This document shows positions 12,700 to 26,799 of a DNA stretch of 64,000 nucleotides, piece by piece. Where the stretch lies: positions 65,472,001-65,536,000 of the forward strand of contig OX597832.1 in the NCBI GenBank assembly GCA_951406725.2, written 5' to 3'. Below the pieces are notes generated by a model. It saw only the letters and a program-made list of their open reading frames with translations. It ran no database searches and was not told the DNA's origin. The translations under genes and the position numbers were made by a program. This DNA is from Octopus vulgaris (Eukaryota). Numbering within the stretch: the first letter of the stretch is position 1; every line of letters starts with the position of its first letter.

Positions 12700-12910
12700 G
12701 TGCGCATGGGCTAGCGTTCATACTGTAGCACTCACGATCGCAAGATCGTAGTTTCATTTTCAATTTCTGGACGAGGTGGCTCACTGTGTCCTGGGGCACA
12801 ATATTCCATCTCTTGTTGCTCTGCCATCACTTCGAAACTCGACGTGTGGCACACCGTTCACCTGTTGCTGCAACGTCATGTTGATGAAAGCAGTGAGCTA
12901 ATGGACAGCA
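12700..12910 (+). mobile_element. Degenerate tRNA-derived SINE
   Basis: GCGCATGGGCTAGCG...CACGATCGCAAGATCGTAG...TGTGTCCTGGGGCA has the same layout as 54710-55020. Confidence 0.4.
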
Positions 12911-13670
12911 CTATAAGAACAAATCAATTTCTCTCTCTCTCTATCTCTCCACACACACACACTCACACACACAAAGATGGTGTATGTATGTACATGTCCT
13001 TTGCGAATGAAGTCTCTGAAATATTTGCTATACATCTTGATAAAGACATTAATTTGTGATAGTCATTACGGAAAATGCAATGCAGTTGCTACTGATTCAT
13101 AGTTCACCTTTAATTAACGACGATATTATAAAAAAAAATCCAGTGTAAAATAAATCGTTTCTACCATAGGCACGATAAAGTATATGACTAATCAAATCCA
13201 TCGACCCAAGAACTCGATCTGTTACGTATTTTATTGCTTCAGAAAATATAAACGAGGAAGTTGCTGTCGGTGGAGTTTGAACTAAGAGCGACAATCGGGA
13301 ATAAGTGCAGTATTTCATTTGACTTGCTAAAGATATTGCTTGCTCAACACAATATTCTGATTCGAAAGCAATAATGATTAAGAAAATATTCAAATTCATT
13401 GATCTGAAAATATTTGTGACATTATAAGCATTCCCTGCGTACTGAATCGTATCCTTCAATTTGTTGTTTGAGTTACCCCAACAGTTTCCATCCAGGAGAG
13501 TAAAGGTACCCCGGCTCTACCTATCATATCTTTTGCGTTTCGTTGAGATACAGGCGTAGTTTATTTAGTAGTATATGAACACAGGAGATATTTTAAAGAT
13601 ACCAATGTTTAAATATGGAGATGTGGTTGCTATGTTCTATAACGGGCTACAGTTTATACGTAAACACATA

Positions 13671-13736
<66 letters not shown>

Positions 13737-13833
13737 ATATCTATCTATCTATATATCTATCTATCTGTCTGTCTGTCTGTCTGTCTGTCTGTCACTCCCT
13801 CTTTCTCTCGCGCATTCTCTATCTCTATGTATA

Positions 13834-13885
<52 letters not shown>

Positions 13886-13889
13886 TATA

Positions 13890-14054
13890 GGCGCAGGGAT
13901 GGCTGTGTGGTATGTAGCTTGCTTACCAACCACATGGTTCCGTGTTCAGTCCCACTGTGTGGCATCTTGGGCAAGTGTCTTCTGCTATAGCTTCGGGCCG
14001 ACCAATGCCTTGTGAGTGGATTTGGTAGACGGAAACTGAAAGAAGCCTGTCGTA

Positions 14055-14091
<37 letters not shown>

Positions 14092-14318
14092 ATGTGTGTG
14101 TATATGTTTGTGTATCTGTGTTTGTCCCCCCACCATCGCTTGACAACCGATGCTGGTGTGTTTACGTCCCCGTCACTTAGCGGTTTGGCAAAAAGTGACC
14201 GATAGAATAAGTACTGGGCTTAGAAAGAATAAGTCCCGGGGTCGATTTGCTCGACTAAAGGTGGTGCTCCAGCATGGCCGCAGTCAAATGACTGAAACAA
14301 GTAAAAGAGTAAAAGAGA
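13890..14318 (+). mobile_element. tRNA-derived SINE family A, full length
   Basis: A-box-like TGGCTGTGTGG, B-box-like GTGTTCAGTCCC, internal (TA)n(TG)n tract, 3' stem-loop CAGTCAAATGACTG and AAAAGAGT tail. Confidence 0.9.
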
Positions 14319-14445
14319 GAGTATATATACATTCACACACACACATATATATATAGACACACATATACACAAGCACACACATACATACACATGCATATAT
14401 ATATATGTATATATATATATATATGTAAATATATATATACATATA

Positions 14446-14495
<50 letters not shown>

Positions 14496-14496
14496 A

Positions 14497-14537
<41 letters not shown>

Positions 14538-17290
14538 CATATATACATACACACATACATACGTATACAGAAATGGATACACACACATGCATATAAAAGA
14601 ATAAACACACCTAAATATGCAAACCTAACAAAATATTTTCGCATGCATTCGCATTCTTGTTTATTTTAACTTAACTTTCAAGGATGTGCATTTCCAATAT
14701 TCCAATATTTGTATTTGGACACTTAAGTTTGTTTTTGCCATGAAGTCTTAATCCTCTCGTTTGGCACTGCATGGGAATCGCAACATCAGCAGAATGTTAT
14801 TGCTGTTGTCGTCGTAGCTGCAGAGATTTGTTTTCTCTTGGAGCTGGCAACATTGATTTTGTGCTACACTAGAAAATGCGACCGTTTTTACTTTTCTGGC
14901 AAAATATAGGGATATGTTGCCACATAATATGCATATGTTGCTCAAATACAGTAAATGTTTAAATGTAAAAAATAAAATCTGGATTCACTCAAGGAATACT
15001 CGATTATTCAACTTTATAATATTCCCTCAAGCATTTTTTATCGATTAACAAAGCAGGTGCATAACCCTATATTTAGGGAGTGTATACACAAGTTAAGTGT
15101 CCTTGGTGTTTGACTAGAGCATTATATTATCTACCCTTTAAAAATCCTTTCTAATTATGTTAGTAGGATAGCTTTTTAGATAGGACGAGTAATTCGAATT
15201 CATGAACCCCAGTGAGAAAGTGGCATATATTTTATCGAAACAATTCCAAAATACTCCTTTCTACTCTAGTCACATGTCTTGAGATCTGGGAAAGGGCCTA
15301 GTCAATTACATTGACGGCTGTGCACAATTGATATTTGTTTCAGTGACATCGAAAGGATGAAAATGTCAAGGACTACCTCTAAGAAATTCGAAATCAGAAC
15401 GTAAGCACGTCTCCTTAACGATGACATTGATTCTAATGACGCTGAAATGAGATCAAAACGAATGAAGCCGCATCAATCCTTAGACAACAAAAATTCCCAC
15501 AGTGGATGGAACATCTGTTCACCGACCATGTTTTATAAGTACCGTGTTGGTAACTGTTAATCATTCTCGTCTGAGTAGACTCTAGCAATGGTTAAGGAAG
15601 CGTTCTGCTTAAGGGCTCATCGAACCTTCAAATCCTAAGATTGAATCCCCATTCTTATAATCGCCAGTATGACACACTAGCCACTTGGGAACACGTTTTC
15701 ACATATCTTCTTTAACGAGAAATACCTGCCCCAGTGTATACGTTATGGTTTTGTCACATTTCGAACATGTCTGATAACAGTATCGCCTGTTTGCGGCCAA
15801 GTTGTTGTTAAACTACAACATCAATGATACGAGGGAGATGCCTTTGCTATTTCTTATTCTATCCCTGGTTACGTTACACCACGTGACATCGACACTCACT
15901 ATATCAGTGAGTGTTGATGAAATCAGCAATGATACCGTCGTGAAATCTACATCCTTGTATTTTCGAAAGAGACGTTTGCGATGGTCCTTACTTATGTCCT
16001 CTTATTATCAACATTATCAAATATATTTGGTCCCTAGTTAATTTTATTCAATTGACAAACTGTCAATCACATATAATAAAAAAACAAACAATAAAAAATA
16101 CTACAAGTATCGAAACGTTTCATTTACTGTTAATTCTCATAAAAAAATTGCTCAGTTTGGAAAATAAAGTTAAAATTGCAATCCTAATATATTTCGTTGC
16201 TGGCCGTCCTCCCTACTCCTATACAAAATTTGTTTCACACCAGCTGTGCCTCTCACATTGTATTTTTATTTCTTTTTTAATACATAATATGCGTTAGTTA
16301 CTTTTTGTTTCTCATTTCCAGTTTTACGCTTTTATACCACCATTCATTTTGTATTTTCATAGATTGCGATTTATTCAACCATGTCGATTTGTTCAACCGT
16401 GAATTTGCATTTCCGTTGCAATCAGGACAACTTAAACAAAGTCTCTCATCACCAACAGCACCAACACAACCGCCGTCGCCAACAAAAAACAAAACAAAAC
16501 AAAACCACCACTACCAAATTCTAGAAAACACGTACACGCCAAGTGCACATGCATGCGCGCGACACACAAACGCACACATCAAATCACATCACATAATAAA
16601 CAGCAACGAATTATTCTCACTGCAAAACTGCGAAAAAAGTAAACAACAAAAAGGCTACAAAAGCAAGGAAAGGTGCACAAGCAAAGCAATTAGTAACAAA
16701 CATCCACAGCGAAACATCCTCAAACAACTACATGTGCACAGTGCAAACAAATTATTAATTAAATATAAATAACAATAAAACAACAATTCATTAAAAAATA
16801 CCTGCAAATTAATTATACTTTCTGGAAAACACCTCAATAGGCGCCCACTAACTGAAAAAACGCCGTCATCAACTAAAGTTTACAAAAAAAAATCTAAGCA
16901 GCCATTGAACTCCCCTAATACACACTTTCACTGGTCGTTTAATCTTTTCTTCTATCAAAAACTGACATGTCTTCTTATAAGGTTCCTAAGCAAAACTGTT
17001 TCCTATTTTCCCTTTCCTACAGAGGATGCTTTTTGTTGCTTTATTTTCTGATTCAACGATTCTTTGTGTTAGGATTTTAGCATTGAAATGTTCACACATG
17101 ACTACCGGAAGTTTCAAATATTCCTCGACCTCCATTGTTATTGCACACAAAATAATCAGTTTCATTAAACAGCGAGACACGAAAATTTCTATATATGGGG
17201 TTAATAAAAGGCAACATCAGCAGAATATAAACAAAAGCAGAGGGTAAACAATACCAAAAGCAAAGTAAACCAAATAAACATATATATGTA

Positions 17291-17362
<72 letters not shown>

Positions 17363-17387
17363 TATATATACATACATACATACATGC

Positions 17388-17432
<45 letters not shown>

Positions 17433-17491
17433 CATATATATATATATACATATATACATATGTATATAGTAATATATAACTATATATGTAT

Positions 17492-17556
<65 letters not shown>

Positions 17557-17833
17557 TTTAACATATAAATAGACAAATATGTACATATATAGAAAGTTAC
17601 ACGCGCGATCAAACATGTTAGCATGTTTTCCACAACACATTCAACAGCAAATCTATTTAGAATTGTTTTGTATATTCCAATGTTACATGCTGTGATTACA
17701 TTGCTTTCTGTATAATAGCGTATAAAAGTACCCACCCCGCCGCCAAATATCCGGAAATATTTCTTTTATAATTACAAATATTGCCCACTGTTCATGCATT
17801 TATCAAAGCGTAATATTAATGTAAATGCACTAC

Positions 17834-17933
<100 letters not shown>

Positions 17934-18783
17934 AACACGCACACATACATACACACACACTCATGCACAAATGCACGTTCATACATACGTACATATATGC
18001 AAATATACCCAGCTCCCAAGAGAGACAAAGACAGAGAAAAGGGGAGAGAGTCGCAGACAAGTGAATGTGTGTATGAGTATGTGCGTGTGCGTATGTGAGA
18101 GTGTATACCTATTCATGTGTACACGTAACAGACTTCATGCGCTTGCATTTCTTTCATTTTTTATGCATCGAATGCACATGCTGAGATTTTTAATGTACGC
18201 ATGTGTGCGTCTATACACAAGTATACATGTTTTTATGTAAACAGGCACACACACATGCGAGCTCGTATATTCATTTACTCACGACTTAATGAAACGGCAA
18301 TTTTTTCAACCATAACAAAAAAATATGTTATCTTGTTCGGTGATTTGAAAAGTAAAAAAAAAAAAAATACATAGTACCAGTCTACAAATATTCATTGTCA
18401 GTAAATCTATGAATATTACTAATGTTTTCTAAAAAGCACACACACACACACATATAATATTTAACATTATACTATTGTCTAAAAATGTAAAAAAAAAATC
18501 CCATTTCAAAACAGAGTGACTGTACAAAAACATTCGATTGTTTGCTGTTTAATCAAATCAAATCAAATAAAGTGAAAGTAGATATAAGAGAACTAAGTGT
18601 TGAACCCATATTAATGCTTGTGATGAAAAAAAATAATATTTAACACAGACTGGATTGTGAAAATTGAAAATGAACGAAAATAAAAAAGCGATAGAAAATT
18701 ATAGCGGATTTGATGAGGTGTGAATTAAAAGCAATGGTGTGCGCCATTGTGATAAACGTGATCGTCACTCACGTCTGCACACA

Positions 18784-18833
<50 letters not shown>

Positions 18834-19398
18834 CACACATATATATATATGTATATACATATATATATTTAGATGTATATATATATATGTGTATATATAT
18901 ATAAATATATATATATATATGTATATACATACATACATACACATACATATATATATATCATATATATATACATATGTACATGCACATCCTCACACACATC
19001 CACACATACATACAGGCACGTACATACATATTAACGCACTTGGGCATAGTGCTAACGTACATATACGTACAATCACAATCACGAAAACATTATTTTATAT
19101 CTTTCTAGCACACACAAATGCACAAATATATGCGACGGTCTATTCCTAGATATAATATCTGTGTAGTTGTATGTCGGGTCTCATTGTCTGTGTTCATGTA
19201 TGAATATGTATACATTAATATGCAAATATATTCATGCGTGCATCCACACTCACACATACACACCCATATCTATGTGTGTGTATGTGTGCATACGTATATG
19301 TATGCATACGTATACATATATATGCATGTGTACATGCACAGACACATATATACGTATAATCATATTAGTTAGATTTCTGCCATGAAGAGACGTATTTA

Positions 19399-19560
19399 GG
19401 CGTAGGTGTGGTGCTGAAGTAAAACGCTTGCTTCTGAATCAAACGATTCGGGGTCCAGTCCTACTGTATGCTACATTGAGAAAATGTCTTCTATCAAGAA
19501 GACCAAACCAATGTGAGTGGATTAGGTTGACGGAAACTGAATGAAGCTTTCCTTATATAT
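19399..19560 (+). mobile_element. SINE family A 5' half, ending where the Helitron abuts its TA tract
   Basis: GGCGTAGGTGTGG...GGGTCCAGTCCTACTG...GTGAGTGGATT..GACGGAAACTGAA matches family A. Confidence 0.7.
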
Positions 19561-19567
19561 GTATATA

Positions 19568-22500
19568 CTAGCTGAATGACCCGAAGATGCCTGGGTTACT
19601 GCTGTTCTTATTCAGATTAGTAACTAATAAATATAAAGACATATTCTCATAATTATTTCAGAATTTTTATATTTTATTAAAAATATCCAAATTGTAAGGA
19701 TAATAGAATTTAGAACTGAAAATTTGTCAATGTTGAAGCACCTCAGGGTAAATAATATTCATCTTGTAATATGTTTTTGGTGTTGAAATGAATAAATTGT
19801 TGCTGCTTCCAACTCGCGAGCAAGCAGCATAGAGTTGGGTGTGGGAGAAGCATGCAGGAGAGAGATCAAGTGTAACTTGTTTGAGGGATGCACTGTGAGA
19901 TTTGTTAATTGAAATACCAAAACTTGGTTTTATTGGAAACTAAAGTGTCTTAAATTCAAATGGAACCTTTGTGGGTAAGACAGAGGAATGTTTGGAATAA
20001 AGACATTTTCTTTTTTGTGACTCCTTGTTGCTTGTAGGGCACGAAGCTTCATGGAAGTAATAAGTAAGCGTGTTCCATTACACAGGTAAATGGGTCAAAA
20101 TTTCTAAACACCTTAATGGGAGCACCCAGTTTTAATGTCAACGTATGGCATCCCAGTGTGTTTAAGTGTCTTCAGAAATTCAACAGGGTATTGAAAAACT
20201 TGATCTTGATCGACTGTTGACAATTGATCGAGAAGCCGTTCCTGATGTATCTGTTAACTTTTGAAGTAGTTCATGATTGAGTTTATCAGCCATTTCATTA
20301 GGCGGAGCTAACTAGCTCTTTCAGATAACCAGTTTCCATAAGTGTCATTGACAGATAAATTAGAAAATACATTATTCATAAGATATCTAAGAGAAAGTAT
20401 TACCTGACTGCATGTAATTTTATGTTGAATTTTAATATCCCAGTACTAATCTCAAGAAGCTCGTACGATCACCTGGTAGAAGTACTCTGATGTTGCTTGT
20501 AAAATGAAGTTTTTCACATGTCTTCAAAGGTACGATTTCTTTCACGCATGCATTGACCTCATCAGCGTTTGATTATGTGGGGATAACTGACAACGTTTGA
20601 CGAAAATCTCCTGTGTGCCATTGTTTTTTATGTCTTGGAGGGTACGGTCAATTACCTCTGGAGCTCCACGATGATACAGTGCATTTATCCCAAACAATGA
20701 GGCAAGTGTGTTGTGAAGAACTGTTGCCGTTGCAGAGATTTTGGAACTGTTGCACATTTAAGATTATTTCATATCAAAGTTTCGAGGGAGTTTGAACATG
20801 GAATGAATTCTTCCGCATTGAGGAAGGTAAATTGAATACCAGAAGATGCAGCACTGGAAGAAGGTTAGCTCTTATTTCTCCCCATTTGTGATTGCAGGTG
20901 AAAGTGAGAAAAAGATCTGGCTTTCCATATGCCCTGACAAATGTCATAACGTCTTGTGTTCGTTCGTGCATATATCGAGAAAAACCTTTGAATGATGATG
21001 GGAGAATTATAAGTTGCCCCATGTTTTGAATATCACTATCTGTCTTCAGAGCATCTTAGAGATGAACATAATTTTTAGCCCTTAACTTATTTGATTGTAA
21101 TGAATGTAGAGGAGAAGCTCACCTTCAACTGACATTCAACCAGTCATTGCTGAAATAGATCACGTTACATGGGTAATTGATTTGATTGTTCTGGTCTTAA
21201 CATCATTTGGTAACAATGGGAGTCATTTGACGATACACTTTTGTTTGCAATTGACTCTCCTGTTGCAGATTCAATTTGTGGAATATTGAAATCTTGCCGA
21301 TTTCAAAACATAAGAGGATACTGGTGAGCATCATTAGAGGGATTTAGAGGGATGAGTTTCTGAAACACGTTTAACATTGATATCTCGAAGACGAATGAGA
21401 ATATCACGATTTTCATGGGGATTACCTACCATAATGATGCCTACTTCATTATATGTGAGCCCATTAAAACGGCGTAAAATATCCTTTACTATAATTGAAT
21501 ATAGACGTAATGAACACGGAAGCACATACACACTCAGACACATATAAGCTCATAGAATTTATAATACCGAAACTGCAAAATGTACTCACACGAAGTTCAA
21601 GCGGAACGAAATGTAGTCAATATAGGTGCAAAACACACTTTCTGTAACAATGTTATGGTACAAAACACATTCGGAGGAATATTTCCCAAAAAGATGTTCC
21701 GGCTCGGAAAGTCACCAATTTAGCAAACATTACTATGCGTTACCAATGTAACAAAGTACAGAAAGTCCAACATTTATTTGGAACGTGTACTAAATGTTAT
21801 AAGATGCAGGATTGAATGAAACGTTGAAGGAAGTCAAGCTACAAAGAAATTCAGAAGGCATAATTCAATTTTTCTCACAAAAATAATATATTATCTTACA
21901 ATATTTAAACAAACGCTGGGCAAAGTGTGTACAAAAGAATATGTTGCTTTTGTGAGCGTCAAATAATTTTAAAAGAATTGCTGAAGGATGTGCGTAGCAA
22001 GACATCAATTAATTTGACATCATTTACTATATATTTTAACAGGGCAAGGTTATATGCTATAGAATAAATACTGACTAACGCAGTAAAAATATTGCCCGGC
22101 GACGAATACACACACTGATAAAGCAGGATAGCAGGAATACGATAAGGACACTGGGACTAGAAAGAAAAAAAACAATATTTTCAAACTGGTTATAAGGACT
22201 AGAATAACATTTCTGTAATTATGTTGAAAGAACGGCTAGGGCATTATCCTTCGCCAAGTATCCGAATTTGCTATAATAACCTGAATAACTTTTCTTTTTT
22301 CCAGACATATTTGAGAGTGTCACGAGTACTGTCAAATCAGCCAAATATTCATATTGGTTATAAAGACAAGAATATTTCAGGAGTGGTAATCGTTAATGTT
22401 GTTTAAACCGCAACTCTCCATGATGAAAAGGAAAATCCAAACTTACGTACTACAAAGCAAATGCTGTTGTTCGTTCAACGTTCAGGTCGCAACTAAATGA

Positions 22501-22630
22501 AACGTTTTCAAAATCGGTGCGTTTCACAAAATCGGGCCGTACAGTCACATACATATACTAAGACAGACAGATAGACACACACGTTTACTTGTCAGTCATC
22601 TGCCTAACTTACGTAATGAACGCGCAAAGA
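19568..22630 (-). mobile_element. Decayed, internally deleted autonomous-type Helitron (Rep/PIF1-helicase fragments)
   Basis: The minus-strand 3' end has an ACCCAGGCATCTTCGGGT hairpin followed by CTAG|T. Peptides include RRFNGLTYNEVGIIMVG..RDILIR..RVSETHPS and IILPSSFKGFSRYMHERTQDVMTFVRAYGKPDLFLTFTCN (Rep side), and LTLKLGAPI, FPIKPSFGISINKS and HTQLYAACSRVGS (PIF1 motifs). The 5' boundary is approximate. Confidence 0.85.
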
Positions 22631-22707
22631 CACACTCGCATAAACTCTCTGATAGATCGTTAGCCACTACACACATTTTTTTTCTCTCCTTGTTATTTTC
22701 TGTGTCC

Positions 22708-22743
22708 CTTTCTGTAGAAGAGCATAGGCTCGAAACGTAAAAG
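22708..22743 (+). ncRNA. Minimal type I hammerhead ribozyme-like motif in a Penelope-like terminal repeat remnant (~22645-22835)
   Basis: CTTT-CTGTAGA-A-GAGC-ATAG-GCTC-GAAAC-GTA-AAAG gives stem I CTTT/AAAG, stem II GAGC/GCTC, a GAAA core and a GUA cleavage triplet. The core has an A6-to-U deviation. Confidence 0.6.
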
Positions 22744-22830
22744 ACTTTTTCTTTTCCTGAGCGTTATACGAATAAATCTGTTTGTTTTGTACACCACCTG
22801 CCTTCGTCTTTTGTTTTTTTCGTAAACTCT

Positions 22831-22884
<54 letters not shown>

Positions 22885-22886
<2 letters not shown>

Positions 22887-23151
22887 TCCTTTACTCTTAT
22901 TTGTTTCAGTCATTTGACTGCGGCCATGCTAGAGCACCGCATTTAGTCGAACAAATTGACCACAGTACTTATAGTTTGTAAGCCTAGTACTTATTGTATC
23001 GGATTCTTTTGCCGAATCGTTAATTTACGGGGACGTAAACACACGAGCATCGTTTGTCAAGCGTTGATGCGTGTGTGTGTGTGGGGACAAACACAGACTC
23101 ACACACAAACACACACACATATACATACATATATATATATATACATGTATA

Positions 23152-23229
<78 letters not shown>

Positions 23230-23339
23230 CAGGACGGACTTCTTTCAATTTCTATCTACCAAATCCACTCACAAGTCTTTGGTCAGCCTGACTCTATAGT
23301 AGAAGAGGTTCCACGCAGTGAGACTGAACACGGAACCAC
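22885..23339 (-). mobile_element. SINE family A copy with expanded internal (TA)n
   Basis: Homologous to 781-1255; the 5' end is eroded. Confidence 0.85.
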
Positions 23340-25001
23340 TTCCTTGTCCCAGCTCCTTCTTTTTTATTATTATATGGAAGAGCATTGGCGCGCATCTACC
23401 TAATTAAATATGTTCTGATAGAATTTTTGCCTGTAGTGCAGGTGGTCTTATGAGTACAGTTTTCCTAATGTTGTGTTTCAGATTCTCATGTATGACTCCT
23501 TACTACAGAAGGGATAGATGCAAACTTCTCTGCAACGGGCAATAATTGACCTTCAAATTCTGGATTCGATTAGTATACAGATCTCTACAATCTTTTACAG
23601 TGTGCGTTAATGTTTGATTATGTTCGTGAGTCTTTGTAGAGGAACGTTACTTTAATCATATTGTACTTTTTTCTTCTTGACTTTTCTTGAATGCAGCATT
23701 TGCCGTCTAGCGAGACGCTATCGGTGGTAATATAATAGGAATAAGAGAGTGTGAATTCCAAATTCTTGTACTCAAAGGTGAAATGCTTGATTTCTAGGAG
23801 CATTAAAGAATGGACAATAGTTGTATTGACATGAAAGTTATGTCCTATCCTGTATGCTATTTACTTTTCTGGTTTTTTTTTACACTAGCTCTATTGTTTT
23901 GTCTTAGTTTGTAATATATTTGTCTCTTAAAAATCCCGCTCAAATCATGTATTACGGGGTTAAGCAGCTTATTTCAAAGATTCAATTTCTCAGAATAAGT
24001 CAGATAGATTTTCCCTAATATTGCTAGGTAAGCGTTTTAAAATATCAGAGCACTTGCGAATGTAATATTTAGTTTTACAAAGTATTGTATATGGATTATA
24101 ATATTTACAGGAGTTTAAGTAGAAAACATTTTCCGAATATTGAAGGTGATATTATTTATTTGAAGATTTTCATCCTGTATTTTATGTTTTGTAGACATGC
24201 CTACATCGTATTCCTTTGCATTTAGGATTGTATAGCTATTGATTCGAATGTTAACTCAGACTGATAATCCTATTACATCTTTCAGCTCCATGAAACATCA
24301 TATGGGGAGGGCGACTACGACATTGCGGTGGCGTTTCATACAGATTGAGACACCAAAGAAAAGAAATAGGTTTCTATCAAACTGAACGCGTTATTATTGA
24401 CCTCATTAATTGTCGGGGAAATTTGGTCTGAGCAAATAAAAAAGAAAAAAATGGGAAAGCTAAGTTGACAAGTTTAGTATAAAATTTCGAATGGCCAGTT
24501 GTGTAAATTTTAAATTATAGTTACCGTGTATGCTGTTCAAAATTTCATGATCGAAAGTCTATCATTCTTGACTGAGAGGTTAAATGATGGCTTTTTGGAG
24601 AAATTCAACAACGGTTATTAAAACTATTTCTAATTCAGTGTTAATTGGTTTCACGATCATAGTGTCTATTGATAATTGACATGTGGCCTTTCAAAGCAAG
24701 ATATGGTTTCCAGCTGAGAAATTATGTGAATCTATTACCAACGCACGCACACACACACATGCACACACACGCGCACGCACACATACATACACATACCAAC
24801 ACACACACATGCACATAGAAGCACATACATTAAGCTATAACTTGCAGTCATACCAGTAACTGGCATGTCTATCTCGTTCAAAATTCACTTTGCATCCATA
24901 CGGGTTCTGTTTCAATCCCAGTGCATGATCAAATGGGCCATGCATTTTACTATCTCACCGTACGATGAACAAGTGTTGGGAGAGGACCCGGTAGCCGGAT
25001 A

Positions 25002-26183
25002 AGGGTGCATAAGGTATTTCAGGACAGACCTGTTTTTGTTCATTGCTGCAGCTTTTGCTAACTTTTTATAATCTTTGTTTTAAAAAATGGCAGTCACTCA
25101 GCTAACTCAAGAAATGAAGAGGCATGCTGTTAATTTAGTTATAAATGCTGAGCATAGAGATTTTAAAATATCTCGATTTTTAAAAGTTGCCAGATCTTTC
25201 GTCTACAAAGTTTGTAAGGAGCTAGATATTGAAAATGGAAACGTATCACCAGTATCACAGAATAAACAAGTTTTCTAAACTCTGAAATCATCAGAACACC
25301 TGAATTTATCCAGCAAGTTTAACAGACCATAGATTGCAATCCTAGAAAATCCATGAGGTCAATTGCAAAAGATCTCCATGTATCAGTAGGAACAGTCAGA
25401 AAAGTTGTCCTCGAAAACATCAGATATAAGTCTCATATGATGATTAAAGGTCAATTTGTCAAAAAGGCAACAGAAAATCACTACATCAGATCTAAAAGTC
25501 TCTTCAAGAAACTAAAAATTTGGTTTTTCTCAAACGAAAAATACTTCGACCAAGATCAAAACTTTAACAGAAGAAATGACAAATGGTTATGTGCAGACCC
25601 TTCTGAAGTTCCAAGTTTTAGGCATACAACATTTCCTGCAACTGTCGTGGTTTTAGGGGTTGTCAGTAATGAAGGACATGTGATGCCTCTTAACTTCTTT
25701 CCACAAGAACTCTGCCACCCCCATTGAGGTCCTGGAAACAATTGTTAAGACCTGGAGAGACAGTGTATACAGTGGAAATTTATATGTGTTACAGTAAGAC
25801 ATGGCTCTAGTAACACAGGAACAGATGGCTGAAAATTTTCATTATCACATAATCTCTAATATTTGGCCTTGAACTGTTACACGTGGGGCGTTGTTGAGAA
25901 AGAGATCAATGAACACGCCCATAACACCAAAATTTCTTTGAAAGCTTCTATAGTCAGAGTAATGTCCAAAATGAATCAGGACTACTTGATTCGAGCATGT
26001 AGATGATTTAGATCTCATATAAAAGCAGTTTTCGAAGCTGAAGGTGGTTTTATTGAATAACATTATAGAAAAGACGGTTTGTTTTTATCCTCATAGATAT
26101 CTTTGATAAATAAAATCATTATCTGTTATTAAATATGTTTTCTTATAAACATAAATCCATCCTCAAATATCTTACGCACCCAA
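25002..26183 (+). mobile_element. Near-full-length maT/DD37D-like Tc1/mariner transposon, transposase pseudogenised
   Basis: TIR GGGTGCATAAGGTATTTCAGGA matches the reverse complement of the right end, GGGTGCGTAAGATATTTGAGGA. ORF pieces are MAVTQLTQEMKRHAV..., MRSIAKDLHVS and WFFSNEKYFDQDQNFNRRNDKW...VVVLGVVSNEGHVMP, with stops and frameshifts. Confidence 0.9.
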
Positions 26184-26202
26184 TATATATACACACGCAT
26201 AC

Positions 26203-26244
<42 letters not shown>

Positions 26245-26259
26245 ATGTTTGTATTCATT

Positions 26260-26420
26260 TATTCTTTTACTCTTTTACTTGTTTCAGTCATGTGACAGTG
26301 GCCATGCTGGAGCACCGCTCTTGAAAGGAATTTTAGTCGAAGAAATCCACCCTAAGACTTTTTTGTAAGCTTTGTACTTTATGCTATCGTTTTCTTTTGT
26401 CGAACTGGTAAGTTACAAAA
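26260..26420 (-). mobile_element. SINE family A 3' fragment
   Basis: TTTTACTCTTTTACTTGTTTCAGTCATGTGACAGTGGCCATGCTGGAGCACCGC. Confidence 0.75.
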
Positions 26421-26799
26421 CTATCTACATGTATATATACATACATACTTTCATACACACATATACATATATATTTATATCTATCTATCTATCTATCTAT
26501 CTATCTCTTTCTCTCTCTCTATACGCCCGGTCTGTTAATCGAAACCGCGAGTCCGTTGCCCTAACCATTGAGCCATTGCGCCTCCACTTGCTGTTGCTGC
26601 TGTTGTCGCTGGGAGTACTACTTTTGCTGTCATTGATGCTGTTGTCGCTACTGATCTCGTTTCTGCTGCTGCTACAATTGGTAGAGGTATCTGATTCTGT
26701 GGTGAATTTTAACAGAACAGTTGATGTTGCTGCTGCTGCTAGGTTTGACCAATACCTCGGCTTTATAGACGACTCCCTTGGTTTTGCAGCGGTACTTGT

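Noticed and set aside
13097-13459. 120-aa minus-strand ORF
   Set aside because: Non-ATG start, no recognisable domain and no clear splice context.
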